Below are positions 14,701-23,465 of a stretch of 40,933 bases of DNA, one piece after another. This DNA is from a virus, in IMG/VR virus record IMGVR_UViG_3300028804_000025, positions 1 to 40,933 of that record. The stretch is one strand, 5' to 3'. Under the pieces are notes generated by a model, which worked only from the letters and a program-made list of their open reading frames with translations, was not told the origin of the DNA and made no database searches. Every line of letters begins with the position of its first letter. The stretch's first letter is position 1. The translations under genes were made by a program, and so were the position numbers.

Positions 14701-15345
14701 GGTGGCCGATGTGCTTGCGCTGGTGGCGCTGTTAGCTGCGTTGGCCTCGTTGGTGGCGGAGGCGTTTTTGCTGGCCAGGGCGGCTGCGGCAGAGGCAGCG
14801 GCAGCGGTGGCGCTTGAATCTGAGGCGCTGGCCTGGGCCGTGGCTGTGCTTGCGCTGGATGCGGCAGAGGTGGCCGACGATGCTGCGCCGGTGGCGCTAT
14901 TGGCTGCGGCGGTTGCTGACCCTGCGGAAGCGCTGGCGCTTGCGGCGGCGTTGGTGGCCTGCGTGGTCACAAGCGCCAGCGCGCCCTGCGCGGCGGCCAG
15001 CGCTTGCTGTGCGGCGTCGATGGGCGGGTAAGGCTCTTCGGTCAGGATTTGGTGCAGGTTGCAGGCGCTGTTGGGCACCGATACCGTTTTGCTAAGGATC
15101 AGCTCGCCGGTGCCTGGGCGGGTGACGGTGACTTGGTACATGGACCCATTGGCGCCGAGGGCATTGGGCCAGAGCTGCAGCACGGCGGTGCCGGTGGCGT
15201 CTGCGGTGGTGGTGACGCTTGCGGGCACCACAAAGCCGCCATAAATCTCGGCCTTGGTGAGCTTGGCCTTGACGATGGCGCTGGCAACGGGGGTGCCATT
15301 TTGATCGACGGCGATGCAGGTGACGTTGACGAGGGGGAGTGACAT
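11734..15345 (-). CDS. tail fibre / host-recognition protein (1203 aa)
   Basis: An about 200-aa Ala/Ser/Thr/Asn quasi-repeat stalk. A CBM-like segment (GELVTNGTFTTDTSGWTAG...GKTYRVSADI). A LamG/concanavalin-like segment (DFGTGDYCVMGWVNP...CYLYINGIQVA). AAGGA RBS. Confidence 0.85.
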   Translation of the reverse strand: MSLPLVNVTCIAVDQNGTPVASAIVKAKLTKAEIYGGFVVPASVTTTADATGTAVLQLWPNALGANGSMYQVTVTRPGTGELILSKTVSVPNSACNLHQILTEEPYPPIDAAQQALAAAQGALALVTTQATNAAASASASAGSATAAANSATGAASSATSAASSASTATAQASASDSSATAAAASAAAALASKNASATNEANAANSATSASTSATNAASSATAAASSATSASTSAATATTQATGAATSASTATAQASNAATSATSAANSATGAAGNVAATATNAAAAASSASTATTASASAVAASDAAIAAWGSATAPAESLAAISQSVHSGAVVASFLYDTNKDSDGGQWRKRCTDKSWYTETIQTGKWLGQKATAAAAWATAGAVAGDYFQNTTDKKFYTLGASSPTVAEVFRGNAREFPALALIVAESARVAIYDASAPGCPMWMVFVAANGRAVYSGGGVTAITCIAAGNGQVVVGVSTASGGLGHIDFGNDSTFLRISSTTEYNRCTVANRNVSVSDYVSGTTVGIVNRGINAVAMTVLPDAPIDPLTGLAVPTIAVATGGGVSVIKHDGSVVNSAATTDRMYGASIDSKGRLWAVGWDSGNICEYPPVGTLSASFSAIKQYSTQSVPATIVGMGPTVKTVGQRYGAAASFPVGMMLFRDNPAAPTKGMVSYITKDYATGWMVGDIKRSWLADTVAETVVGSGELVTNGTFTTDTSGWTAGNSPTVSVSAGSVSITNNGATNGIIYQAIPTIVGKTYRVSADIVFGGGYARVETSVAVPTSVGGAAINVNASGAYSFSFVAAATTTYIVAGNRNDSGATNAFDNISCKLAEPDRSVKAKPITVVGTLTKTSVAAGAALVAYSGFSASNYLEEAYSADLDFGTGDYCVMGWVNPSSLAGLGYLFGRQNSDATGSRIYAYVAATTGVVNVAVTDGTGTINLSAGALVVNAWALVAVIRSGNTCYLYINGIQVASAASPSLTMANATALLRLGVNHTASYPFVGSMALWRIGATAPSADQIAYIYRTEKPLFAAGAQCTLAGSSNAVTALTYDEETDTWHAGTSWGRTGFRDLLRVDSEVTTVGAVTSISAGQGAVLVGGASSGKLYQPAFLLRDEIRRRAEARRALGKEPVFFDFDAVTSQTAFTVQQGYTVKAVYSAGTLKRQGSTKDYTVSTDGFRETVTFGTAPGNTVWVSVMCVRA

Positions 15346-15376
15346 GGGCAGTCCTTGAGGTCAGCAATTTGGCTGT

Positions 15377-15712
15377 TTAGGCCGGGGCCTCTTCGGCCTG
15401 GATGGGGGCGCTGAGGATCTGCGCGGCACGGCCTGCTGCGATGACGCCTGCAGCCTCCAACGCCTGCAGGCCTGCGATGACGTCGGCATCGGTGACGTGC
15501 ACGGCCAGGCCGCTGTTGAGCAGGTCCATGTAGTCGTACACCTGCGCATTGGCCTGGGCGGCTGCGCGGATGGCAATGCGCTCGGTTGACGTAAAGCGGC
15601 GCTTGAAGGCCACGGCGGTGATGCGGGTTTGAGGTGGCGGCACAAACGGGGCCAGCTCGGCATTTGGCACGGTGATGGTGGCGCCGCCGATGTGGGTGGT
15701 GATGGTGGTCAT
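15377..15712 (-). CDS. hypothetical tail-associated protein (111 aa)
   Basis: ATGA coupling at 15709-15712. It lies in the tail module. Confidence 0.6.
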   Translation of the reverse strand: MTTITTHIGGATITVPNAELAPFVPPPQTRITAVAFKRRFTSTERIAIRAAAQANAQVYDYMDLLNSGLAVHVTDADVIAGLQALEAAGVIAAGRAAQILSAPIQAEEAPA

Positions 15713-16167
15713 GCGTTGGTTTCTCCGTGGTAGTGCAGGGTTTGCACGCTGCTGGCGCTGGAGCTGGAGACCTCGACCAGGAAGGAGGCGTCGAAGGTGA
15801 TGGGCTGCAGGGCGAGCATCCAGTCGCCGCTGGTTTGCGCGGCGGCTGTGCCGATGGCACACATGCCGTAGCCGTTGCCGCTGGTGCCGCTTTTGTCGAA
15901 AATGACGACGCCGTCCAGCGTGATCTTGATGCGGTTGGTGGGGGTGCCGCTGGCAATGCCCTCGGTGACGGCAAGCCAGTTGATTTTGCCGCGCCCGGTG
16001 ATGGACAGGGCGGTTTTGAGGGTGTTGGCGGTGAGCGCGCCAACGGCGGCAGAGATGCAGCCCAGCATGCTGGGCACCGCGTAGAGGTATTGCGTTTGGG
16101 CGGGGTTGTTGAGCAAGGCGGTGACCTTGCGGGGGCCGCCAAGCACGGCGCCGATGGGGGTAGTCAT
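15709..16167 (-). CDS. hypothetical tail-associated protein (152 aa)
   Basis: The ORF abuts both neighbours. Confidence 0.6.
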   Translation of the reverse strand: MTTPIGAVLGGPRKVTALLNNPAQTQYLYAVPSMLGCISAAVGALTANTLKTALSITGRGKINWLAVTEGIASGTPTNRIKITLDGVVIFDKSGTSGNGYGMCAIGTAAAQTSGDWMLALQPITFDASFLVEVSSSSASSVQTLHYHGETNA

Positions 16168-16794
16168 TTAAGCAGTCCTCCAGCCCTTGGCGGGCGAAAT
16201 GAATTTGAGGCCAAAACCGATGGCGGGTGAGGTGGTGAAGACGCCGCTGATGCCGCCAATGGGGTAGGCGCCAGGGTCAACGGTGTTGTCTGTGCGGCCG
16301 TTCTCCGGGTCGATGTAGATGTAGTCATCTGTCACCGGGGACGTGGGCAGGGTGATGGCAATGGCGCCGGCGTATTCGAGCACCGCGTGGTCGCCCGCTG
16401 CCAGCGTGGCGCTGGCGGTGGTGATCTCGCGGACGATGGTGGCGCTGAGCTTGATGGCGGCCCAGCTGGCGCTGCTGCCTGGCACGGCGGCGGTGACATC
16501 GGCCAGGGGGGCCAACAGTGCCCAGAATTTGCCGTCGTGACGCACGCTGGCTGGCATGGCGAGCGCGCCGTTGAGTGCAGACCAATTGCCCTTGAAGGCG
16601 GTCAAGCTGGCGCTGGCGCTGGCTGCTGCAGCGGCTGCGGTGGCGCTGGCCTCTTTGGCGTTGACGTTGACCTCCAGCGCATTGGCCTCGGCTTGCCATG
16701 GGGTGAGCTGGGGCAGGAAGGCGTCGGCACGGCTGTCAAAGTTGGCCGGGTCCGCCATGCTGGGCGGGGCGGGCAAGATGGTGGTGATGGGCAT
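16168..16794 (-). CDS. tail fibre-like/baseplate protein (208 aa)
   Basis: The N-terminus PAPPSMADPANFDSRADAFLPQLTPWQAEANAL is typical of phage fibre N-termini. The start is at Met46 of the track ORF, 2 nt after the upstream stop. Confidence 0.6.
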   Translation of the reverse strand: MPITTILPAPPSMADPANFDSRADAFLPQLTPWQAEANALEVNVNAKEASATAAAAAASASASLTAFKGNWSALNGALAMPASVRHDGKFWALLAPLADVTAAVPGSSASWAAIKLSATIVREITTASATLAAGDHAVLEYAGAIAITLPTSPVTDDYIYIDPENGRTDNTVDPGAYPIGGISGVFTTSPAIGFGLKFISPAKGWRTA

Positions 16795-16796
16795 GG

Positions 16797-17708
16797 TCAG
16801 ATTTCCTCCAGTTCGAGGGAGATTTCGGCGTGGTTGAGGTGCTTGAGGTTGATGGGCATGCGGCGGTAAATGCCGCTGATGAGCAGGGACTGAAAGTAGG
16901 GGCTGGTGCTTTTTTCGTCCAGGCCGCACCAGATGGCGCGCACGGCGTTAAGACGGTCGCGCAGCCTGCGGATGCGGGGCACATCGGCCTTGTCCACCAG
17001 AATGGTCTGGCTGGTTTTGGGCACGCTGACGCTGGGGGTGAGCGTGGCGCTGCCGTCTATGACGCTGCGGGTGATCTTGGAGTAGTTGTCGGCGTCGTCG
17101 GTGGGGGCAAACTGAACGCGGCCAACGTACTCTTGCATGCCGATGTCGAGGTTGCCGATTTGCACGTCTGCCGTAGGGTGCGTGAGCGTGACGGTGATGA
17201 CGCCGTTGGACACGGGGGGCAGGTTAAAGCGAATCTCGTTCTCGCGCAGGGTGATTTTGCGGAAAAAGTAGTCGTACCAGCTGCGGGTGGGGCGGTCTAC
17301 CAGGTTGATGGATTCGCTGTAGATGCGGGTGGCACCCTGGTCGATGGTGATGCTGGCCTGGTGGGCCTGCATTTTGGTGAGGGCGATGGAGTCCACCCGC
17401 TCGCCAGGCGCGATGACCACGGTGAGTGGAGACGTGGCCACCGTGGGGGTGCTGCGCAGGGTGTCGAACATGGCGAACTTGTTGGCGTAGCGCTTGAAGA
17501 GCCAATAGGCGGCATCGGCATCGGGCGTGGCGGTGCGGCCCGCATGCGCTTGCACGCAAGACCAAAGCTTGTTGGCGTGCACGCGCTCGTCGCCAACGGC
17601 AAAGGTGCCGGTGGCCCAGGCGACCTCGCCCCTGGCGGTGTCGGGGTAAGGCACGGTGCTGCTGGTGAGCATGGCCGGGGTGATGGGGATGGGGGGGATG
17701 ACGATCAT
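16797..17708 (-). CDS. distal tail / minor tail protein (303 aa)
   Basis: It lies immediately downstream of the tape measure gene, with an ATGA overlap at 17705-17708. Confidence 0.6.
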   Translation of the reverse strand: MIVIPPIPITPAMLTSSTVPYPDTARGEVAWATGTFAVGDERVHANKLWSCVQAHAGRTATPDADAAYWLFKRYANKFAMFDTLRSTPTVATSPLTVVIAPGERVDSIALTKMQAHQASITIDQGATRIYSESINLVDRPTRSWYDYFFRKITLRENEIRFNLPPVSNGVITVTLTHPTADVQIGNLDIGMQEYVGRVQFAPTDDADNYSKITRSVIDGSATLTPSVSVPKTSQTILVDKADVPRIRRLRDRLNAVRAIWCGLDEKSTSPYFQSLLISGIYRRMPINLKHLNHAEISLELEEI

Positions 17709-20700
17709 GATGCGGTGGTGACAATGGCCAGGTCGCCGCGTGCTGCGCCCTCCCACAGCCGGGTGCTGCGGCTGGTGCTGTCGGCGGTGTTGGCGGTGTT
17801 GGCTTTGATCTCGGCCAGCTCGGCTGCCATGCTGCGCACGGCCTCCATCAGCGCGGCGTTGGTGGCGCTTGCCGCTGGCGCGGCCAAGGCGGGGTTATAG
17901 GCACGTGGGACCACGGCCTCGCCCTGGTGGATGACGGCGAGCATGTCTTGCGGGACGTAATTGGTGCCCACGGCCAGGCGGGGAATGCCTGCGCGGCGGA
18001 AGTATTCGTCCACATACTGCTGATCGATGCCGAAGGCAGTGGCGGCCTCGCCGTTGGTGATGCCCAGGGCGTCAAACTTGGCCTTGAGTGCGGCCGGGTC
18101 GTTGGCATTGGCCTCGTAGTAGGCCTGCAGATCGAATGGCTGGGTTTTGCCGTTGACGCTGTTGCCGAGCACGTAGCCGCTGCCGTAGCCGTAGGCATTG
18201 GTGCCGCCTTCGCCCCCGGCGCCGGTGACAAAGGGGCTGCCTGTGCTGGCTTTGCTGGCGGTGCCGGTGCTTCGGCCAGTGTCTGGCGCCACGGATGGGG
18301 TAAGGAGCTTGACCAGGTCGGCAATGGCGGTGCCCACGCTTTTGACGGAGGTGTCTACCCCGTTGGTGGCATCGATGAGGTCTTGAACGTATTTGACGGA
18401 CTTTTCCAGCTCGGTGACTTGGTCTTTGGCGGCCTGTAGCTGCTGCTCGGCCACGGTGAGCTGCACGCCTGTGCTGGCCTGGAGCTGTGACAGCTCGCCC
18501 GCCATGATGAGGCGCTGGCGGTCTGCCTCGAACTGGCTGGTGTACTGGGCGGCGTCCAGCCCCGATTTGGCGGCCGCAATGGCGGTGGAGAGTGTGGCCT
18601 GGTCTGGCACGGTGCCGCCTGCCTTGGACAAGGCCAGGGCGGTGGTGATGTAGGCCCTGCCCTCGGCAGCGCCCATGGCGGCGGTGCTGTTGACTTGGGC
18701 ATACAGATCGCGGGTGGAGGTGACGAGCAGGTCAAACACGCCCTGGATGCTTTGCAGCGCGGTGGCGCGAAGATCAACCAGGCCATCCAGGCGGGTGCGC
18801 TCGGCGCTGACGGCGCGGTCAAACGCGGATTTGGCCGCGTTGAGGGCGTCGGCCTTGGCTTTTTCGAGCGCGGCTGTCGTTTCTGATATTGTTTTTTGGC
18901 GTGCCTTTTCAGCGTAGACCTGCCGAATGATGGACTTGGTAGATTCATCCGTGGTGCTGGCCAGGTCGCGCTGCATTTGCAGGGCGGTGTCGGTGGTCTT
19001 GCCTGTGAGCACGTCGAGCTGGTCTTGCCATGATTGCTTGGTGGCTGCGGCTTGCTCTTCGGCCTTGGTGAGCTGATCGACCCCGCCTGCTAGCTTGAGG
19101 ATGCTGTCGTAGGCCTTGGCATTGGCCTCGACAGACAAGTCCATGGCGCCCAGGCGGTCGACTTCGCTCTTGTACCACTCGCGCATGCTGCCGGTGGTTT
19201 GGGGCATGGTGATGCCTAGGTCGGCAAAGCTGCTGGAGAGGTTGCCGACCAGGGCGGCTTTTTTCTCGGCCTCGGTGCCAAACAGCTCGAAGTAAGTGCC
19301 GATGTCTTCGCCCAGCTTATCGAGCCCGCCCGCTGCGGCAATGAGGGCCTTGGAGGCTTCTACCGATGCGGTTTTGAGGTAGTCGAACGGCAGGGACTTG
19401 ACGGCATTGCTGAATGCGGTGAAGTTGGTGACATCGCCCAGCACGGCGGTGACCTGGGCCAAGGTTTTGCCTTGCGTGGTGACGGTGGCCAGGTAGGCGT
19501 TGAGCGCTGGGCCCATGTCGGTGGCTTTTAAGGCCTCGATAACGACCTGGCTGGAGCTGAGCTTGACGGCGTCGGACATCTCGCCATCGGTGGTGCCAGC
19601 GCCTAGGCTGCCACCATTGGCAGTCCAGCGGTTGTAGAGCCATTTGCCGTTGAGCTGCGCATCAAGCCCCAGGGCGTTTTGGCTGCCTCTGGAGCCGCCA
19701 TTGCCATCCATGCCAATGAAGCTTTGGGCGGTGAGGTTGCCTGCTGACTTGTGGGCGGATTTGACAATCCCGGTGTAGTAAGCGCCGATGTCGCTCACAA
19801 TGGTTTGGGCGGCGCCGTCGAGCTTGCCGCCGTACACGCCATCGACATAGGTTTTGCCGTTGGCGCTGCCCACGGTGCCTGCGGATGCGTATCCACCCTC
19901 AATGCTGGGCCTGGTGCCCGTGTTGCCGGTGAGTTTGTCTACCCAGGAGCCGATTTTGGTGCCGATGGCAGCGCCGATGGGGCCGCCAAAGTAGGTGCCG
20001 ATGGCCGAGCCTGCAGCGGCGCCCCACTGCCCCTTGCTGGCGAGCATGATGGAGTTGACATAGCCCAGGCCATCGGCAAAGGTGTTGATGGAGCCCGACA
20101 CGCTGCCGAGGTTGAGGCCAAAGGATTCGAGTTGGGTGCCAAAGGTGGTGAAGCCTTTGTCTACCAAGGTGGTGCCAAAGTCAGACACGGAGCCAGCCAG
20201 GTTGCCGCCAAAGTCGCTGAACCAATTGCCGGGGCCGGTGACGGCGTTGTAAATGCTTTTGCCCGCGCTGATGGCGCCACCCAAGCCGCCACCCTCACCG
20301 CCCGCCGCTTGGGCCATGGCGCCGGAGCCGCTGACGGTGGCACCGATGCTGAAAATCCATTTTTTCAGCGTCATCTGGTGCAGCCAGTCGAAGAACATCG
20401 TTTTGGCGGTGTTGCGCAGCTTGCTCCAGATGTCTTGCCCGCCTTGCAGCACGTTGGTCCAGACTTGGTGGGCGGCGTTGTCGATGCTGGTGAAAAAGCT
20501 CATCCAGTCGGCCTGCTCTTGCTTTTTGACGGCGCCTTCTACCCTGGCAGCGGCGAGCTTGCGCAGGGCATCGGCGGTGCGTTTGATGTTGTCGATGTCT
20601 TCCTCGCGGGCGTTGGCCTGCTCATAGATGGCGGCCTTGGCGTCGAGGGCGGCTGCGGCTTCGAGGTCTCGGGCGGTGACGAGCTGGGCGATTTGCACGG

Positions 20701-22645
20701 CCGTCATGCCGATGGTTTCGTTCTCTTGGATCTGGGTGCGCAGCTTGTCCTCGGTGGACGCCATGGTTTTGTAGATGGCGTCGGAATTGGCGTAAGCGGC
20801 GTCTGCCGACTCCTTCATGGCGGCGGCTTCTTTTTTCTTTTCGGCGGCGAGTTGCTCGGATGCGATGGCGCCATAGGCCGACTGCAAAACGATTTCGCGC
20901 ATGGCGGCGCTGTGGTTGGCGTAGGCGGGGGATTTGAGGTACTCCACCAGCCGCTCTTGGGCCTTGCTGAGTTCGTCGGTTTTGCCTGCTGCTGCGGCGC
21001 CGATTTTGGTGAAGTCTTCCCAGGCCTTGGCGTACTCTTTGGCGTATTCGCGGTCGGCAGCGAAGGGGTCGCCCTCTTTGGACTTGGCGCCGCCTTTTTT
21101 GGCGTAGCTGTCTCGAATGGACTTGATGCGCTCTTCGATCTTGGCCTGGGACTCACCAGCGGCAACGCCGAGGTTTTTGGCGGCGTTGATGTCCTGCTCC
21201 ATCTTGACTTTGTCGGACAAGTACTTGACGCCGGTTTTGTCCCATTCCACCAGGGCTTTGACCTGGGCTGCCTCGGCTGCGCGAAGGTCTGCGCCCTTGC
21301 GCAATTGGCGCTCTTGCTCTTGCAGGTAGCTGAGCTGTGTTTTGAGGGCTTCGTTGCCCTTCTCCCACGCGCCACGGGTTAGCTCGTTGGTGGGGCCGTT
21401 TTGCAGCCGGGTGTCGAGCTGGCTGCGCAGGGAGGCGGCCTGGTCTGCCGGGGAGGCATCGCGGCCTATGCCTGCGATGGCGCTGCCTGCGCCTAGCACG
21501 GCCTTTTTAATGGCGTTCCAGCCCTGCTCTATGTAGCCCAGGTTGCCGATCATTTGCGCGCTGCGGGTGTCGAGCGTGTCGGCAAATGCCTTTTGGGCGA
21601 GGTTGGCGGCCTCGGTGGTTTTGCCTTGCTCATCAAGCGCCTTGATCTGGCGGTAGACGCTGGCGGTGAGGTAGTTGTAGGTGTCGTTGAGCTTGAGGGA
21701 GGCGTCCAGGGGCGACTTGGCCAGCTCGTTGAATTGCTTGACCGTCTCGCTGACGGCGGTGCCGGTGGTGCTCTCGAACTTGATGGCGGCGCGGGTGAAG
21801 GATTCGAGGTTGTCGCGCCCTACCCCGCTGGCTTGGGCCATTTCTGCCAGGGCGGCGGCTGCGGCGCTTTGTGTGCCGGTGACTTTGCTGATGCTGGCGG
21901 CCATGGCGCCCAGCTGGCCGCTGGTGGTGCCTGCGATGTTGCCGCTGAGGATGAGTGCCTTGTTGTAGGCGTCGGACTCCTGGCTGCCTTTGTAGTAGGC
22001 ATAGCCCACAGCGACCACACCGGCTGCGAGCAGGGTGAAGGGGTTGATGAGGCCGACCACATACGAGCCAAGGGCTTTGGATGCGTTGCCGATGCCACCA
22101 AACATGTCTTTGAGCTGGCCGCCTTGCTGGAGCAGCACGGTCATGGGGGCTTGGCCCGCTTGCAGGCTGGTAACGATGTCGGTGAACTGCGCGGGCACGT
22201 TGCGCATGGCAGCGGCGGTGGCCTGGGCGGACATGCCCATGCTGTTGAGGCTTGCCGTGCCCTGGGCCATGGCGATCTTGGCGTCCATCTGCTTTTGGGT
22301 GACGGCGTCGAGCTGGGCCAGGTAGGGCTTGAGGACATCGAGGTTAGCGCCACGCTGGACTGCCAGGGATTCGTAAAGGGCGGACGCGCTCTTGCCTGCA
22401 GCCTCTTCGCGGGCAATGCGGCGCTGGATAGCTTGCATGATCTGCGCGGTGACCTTTTCGTGCTTATCAGCGGCAGCCTGGGCACCGTTGCCAATGGCAT
22501 CAATTCCGCGTGCGGCTTGCTGGCCTGCCTGGCCGACTTGCTGGGCCATGTTGTGGCCACCGGCAGAGATTTTGGCAAAGCCTTGCTCTGCCTGGGTGGT
22601 GTCTACGCTGACGCCAAGCTGGATTTTGCGGTCTTCGGTGCTCAT
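17705..22645 (-). CDS. tail tape measure protein (1646 aa)
   Basis: The size, the Ala/Gln/Lys-rich helical composition, Gly-rich hydrophobic central segments and the position after the G/G-T chaperones. Confidence 0.9.
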   Translation of the reverse strand: MSTEDRKIQLGVSVDTTQAEQGFAKISAGGHNMAQQVGQAGQQAARGIDAIGNGAQAAADKHEKVTAQIMQAIQRRIAREEAAGKSASALYESLAVQRGANLDVLKPYLAQLDAVTQKQMDAKIAMAQGTASLNSMGMSAQATAAAMRNVPAQFTDIVTSLQAGQAPMTVLLQQGGQLKDMFGGIGNASKALGSYVVGLINPFTLLAAGVVAVGYAYYKGSQESDAYNKALILSGNIAGTTSGQLGAMAASISKVTGTQSAAAAALAEMAQASGVGRDNLESFTRAAIKFESTTGTAVSETVKQFNELAKSPLDASLKLNDTYNYLTASVYRQIKALDEQGKTTEAANLAQKAFADTLDTRSAQMIGNLGYIEQGWNAIKKAVLGAGSAIAGIGRDASPADQAASLRSQLDTRLQNGPTNELTRGAWEKGNEALKTQLSYLQEQERQLRKGADLRAAEAAQVKALVEWDKTGVKYLSDKVKMEQDINAAKNLGVAAGESQAKIEERIKSIRDSYAKKGGAKSKEGDPFAADREYAKEYAKAWEDFTKIGAAAAGKTDELSKAQERLVEYLKSPAYANHSAAMREIVLQSAYGAIASEQLAAEKKKEAAAMKESADAAYANSDAIYKTMASTEDKLRTQIQENETIGMTAVQIAQLVTARDLEAAAALDAKAAIYEQANAREEDIDNIKRTADALRKLAAARVEGAVKKQEQADWMSFFTSIDNAAHQVWTNVLQGGQDIWSKLRNTAKTMFFDWLHQMTLKKWIFSIGATVSGSGAMAQAAGGEGGGLGGAISAGKSIYNAVTGPGNWFSDFGGNLAGSVSDFGTTLVDKGFTTFGTQLESFGLNLGSVSGSINTFADGLGYVNSIMLASKGQWGAAAGSAIGTYFGGPIGAAIGTKIGSWVDKLTGNTGTRPSIEGGYASAGTVGSANGKTYVDGVYGGKLDGAAQTIVSDIGAYYTGIVKSAHKSAGNLTAQSFIGMDGNGGSRGSQNALGLDAQLNGKWLYNRWTANGGSLGAGTTDGEMSDAVKLSSSQVVIEALKATDMGPALNAYLATVTTQGKTLAQVTAVLGDVTNFTAFSNAVKSLPFDYLKTASVEASKALIAAAGGLDKLGEDIGTYFELFGTEAEKKAALVGNLSSSFADLGITMPQTTGSMREWYKSEVDRLGAMDLSVEANAKAYDSILKLAGGVDQLTKAEEQAAATKQSWQDQLDVLTGKTTDTALQMQRDLASTTDESTKSIIRQVYAEKARQKTISETTAALEKAKADALNAAKSAFDRAVSAERTRLDGLVDLRATALQSIQGVFDLLVTSTRDLYAQVNSTAAMGAAEGRAYITTALALSKAGGTVPDQATLSTAIAAAKSGLDAAQYTSQFEADRQRLIMAGELSQLQASTGVQLTVAEQQLQAAKDQVTELEKSVKYVQDLIDATNGVDTSVKSVGTAIADLVKLLTPSVAPDTGRSTGTASKASTGSPFVTGAGGEGGTNAYGYGSGYVLGNSVNGKTQPFDLQAYYEANANDPAALKAKFDALGITNGEAATAFGIDQQYVDEYFRRAGIPRLAVGTNYVPQDMLAVIHQGEAVVPRAYNPALAAPAASATNAALMEAVRSMAAELAEIKANTANTADSTSRSTRLWEGAARGDLAIVTTAS

Positions 22646-22651
22646 GGGTGG

Positions 22652-23364
22652 CTAACTGCGTTTGCGGTTGAGGACTTCGAGGGCGGCGAATTCCATGGTT
22701 TGGATGTCGTCGAGGGCATCAAAAAATGCTTGGCCGGTGAAGCCTTTGTGCTCCAGGAGCGGGTAGACGGTGGCGTAGTCGAGGCCAGTGGCGCCGCCCA
22801 TGCCACCGATGCGCCACTGGGTGCGAACGGCACAGAACACCTGGAAAATGGGCCAGTTTTCGGGCCAGACATCGAAGTCGTCTTCGTCCTCGTAGTCTTC
22901 TGGCTCGAAGCCTTGGGCCCGCATCTCTGCGAGCGTGGGCATGGGTTCGTGCAGTTCACGGGCGGCGGCTTTTAGTTTCCCAGGCGGCCTTCGGTGATGG
23001 CGACGCGGTAGCGCTCCATGATGGCGATGGCAGCGCCGGGGAATTCGTTGCACAGCTGCTCTACCGCTTGGCGGGAGAATTCGACATCCAGATCCCAGCC
23101 GTCGATCACGCTGCAGATGTAGTCGGCGTTGTTTTCAATGGTGCGCTCCATGGCCTGGGCCAGGGTGGCTTTGATGTCGGCGTCGTCGGTGCTGGCGGGC
23201 TTGAGGCCAGCGGCGTTCATCAGGCCATCAATGAACTCACCAAAGTCGGTGCGGGTGCGGTAGATGTAGCTGACTTTGACAGCGCCTTCGGTGCCGTCGA
23301 GCATGGGCACCTTGATGGTGACGGGGAAGTTCTTGGCTGCTGAGCCGAGTTTGATTTTGGCCAT
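22652..23364 (-). CDS. tail assembly chaperone G-T fusion via -1 frameshift (about 237 aa; T part is DUF1799-like)
   Basis: The -1 frame after GGGAAAC continues LKAAAREL...DVWPENWPIFQVFCAVRTQWRIGGMGGATGLDY (DUF1799 pattern). Confidence 0.7.
22972..23364 (-). CDS. tail assembly chaperone G (130 aa)
   Basis: It lies between the major tail and tape measure genes and ends ...CTG GGA AAC TAA, with the slippery heptamer. Confidence 0.8.
   Translation of the reverse strand: MAKIKLGSAAKNFPVTIKVPMLDGTEGAVKVSYIYRTRTDFGEFIDGLMNAAGLKPASTDDADIKATLAQAMERTIENNADYICSVIDGWDLDVEFSRQAVEQLCNEFPGAAIAIMERYRVAITEGRLGN
22975..22981 (-). promoter_or_regulatory. -1 programmed frameshift slippery site G GGA AAC
   Basis: An X XXY YYZ heptamer immediately before the G stop codon, with the T frame open in -1. 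Confidence 0.7.
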
Positions 23365-23465
23365 GTGGGTCTTTCGCGGGGGTGGTTAAAAATGCCCGTG
23401 CCCAGCCCATGCGCCCCGCGAAGAGCGACATGAGCCGGGTCGGTGCCTGGTGGTGATGGGTTGTC

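Noticed and set aside
14399-16230. Long Ala-rich or Pro/Arg-rich ORFs overlapping the fibre and small tail genes (14399..15031, 15099..16142 and 15727..16230).
   Set aside because: They are low-complexity translations of the Ala/Ser/Thr repeat region and of GC-rich genes. They fit no operon logic.
17848-22975. Many long ORFs on the opposite strand or in other frames of the tape measure gene (for example 19751..21382 at 543 aa, 21554..22975 at 473 aa, 18355..18948 and 20815..21375).
   Set aside because: They are Gly/Ala/Val- or Pro/Ser/Arg-rich shadow ORFs, typical of GC-rich coding DNA. They have no RBS or coupling, and they sit wholly inside a well-supported 1646-aa gene.
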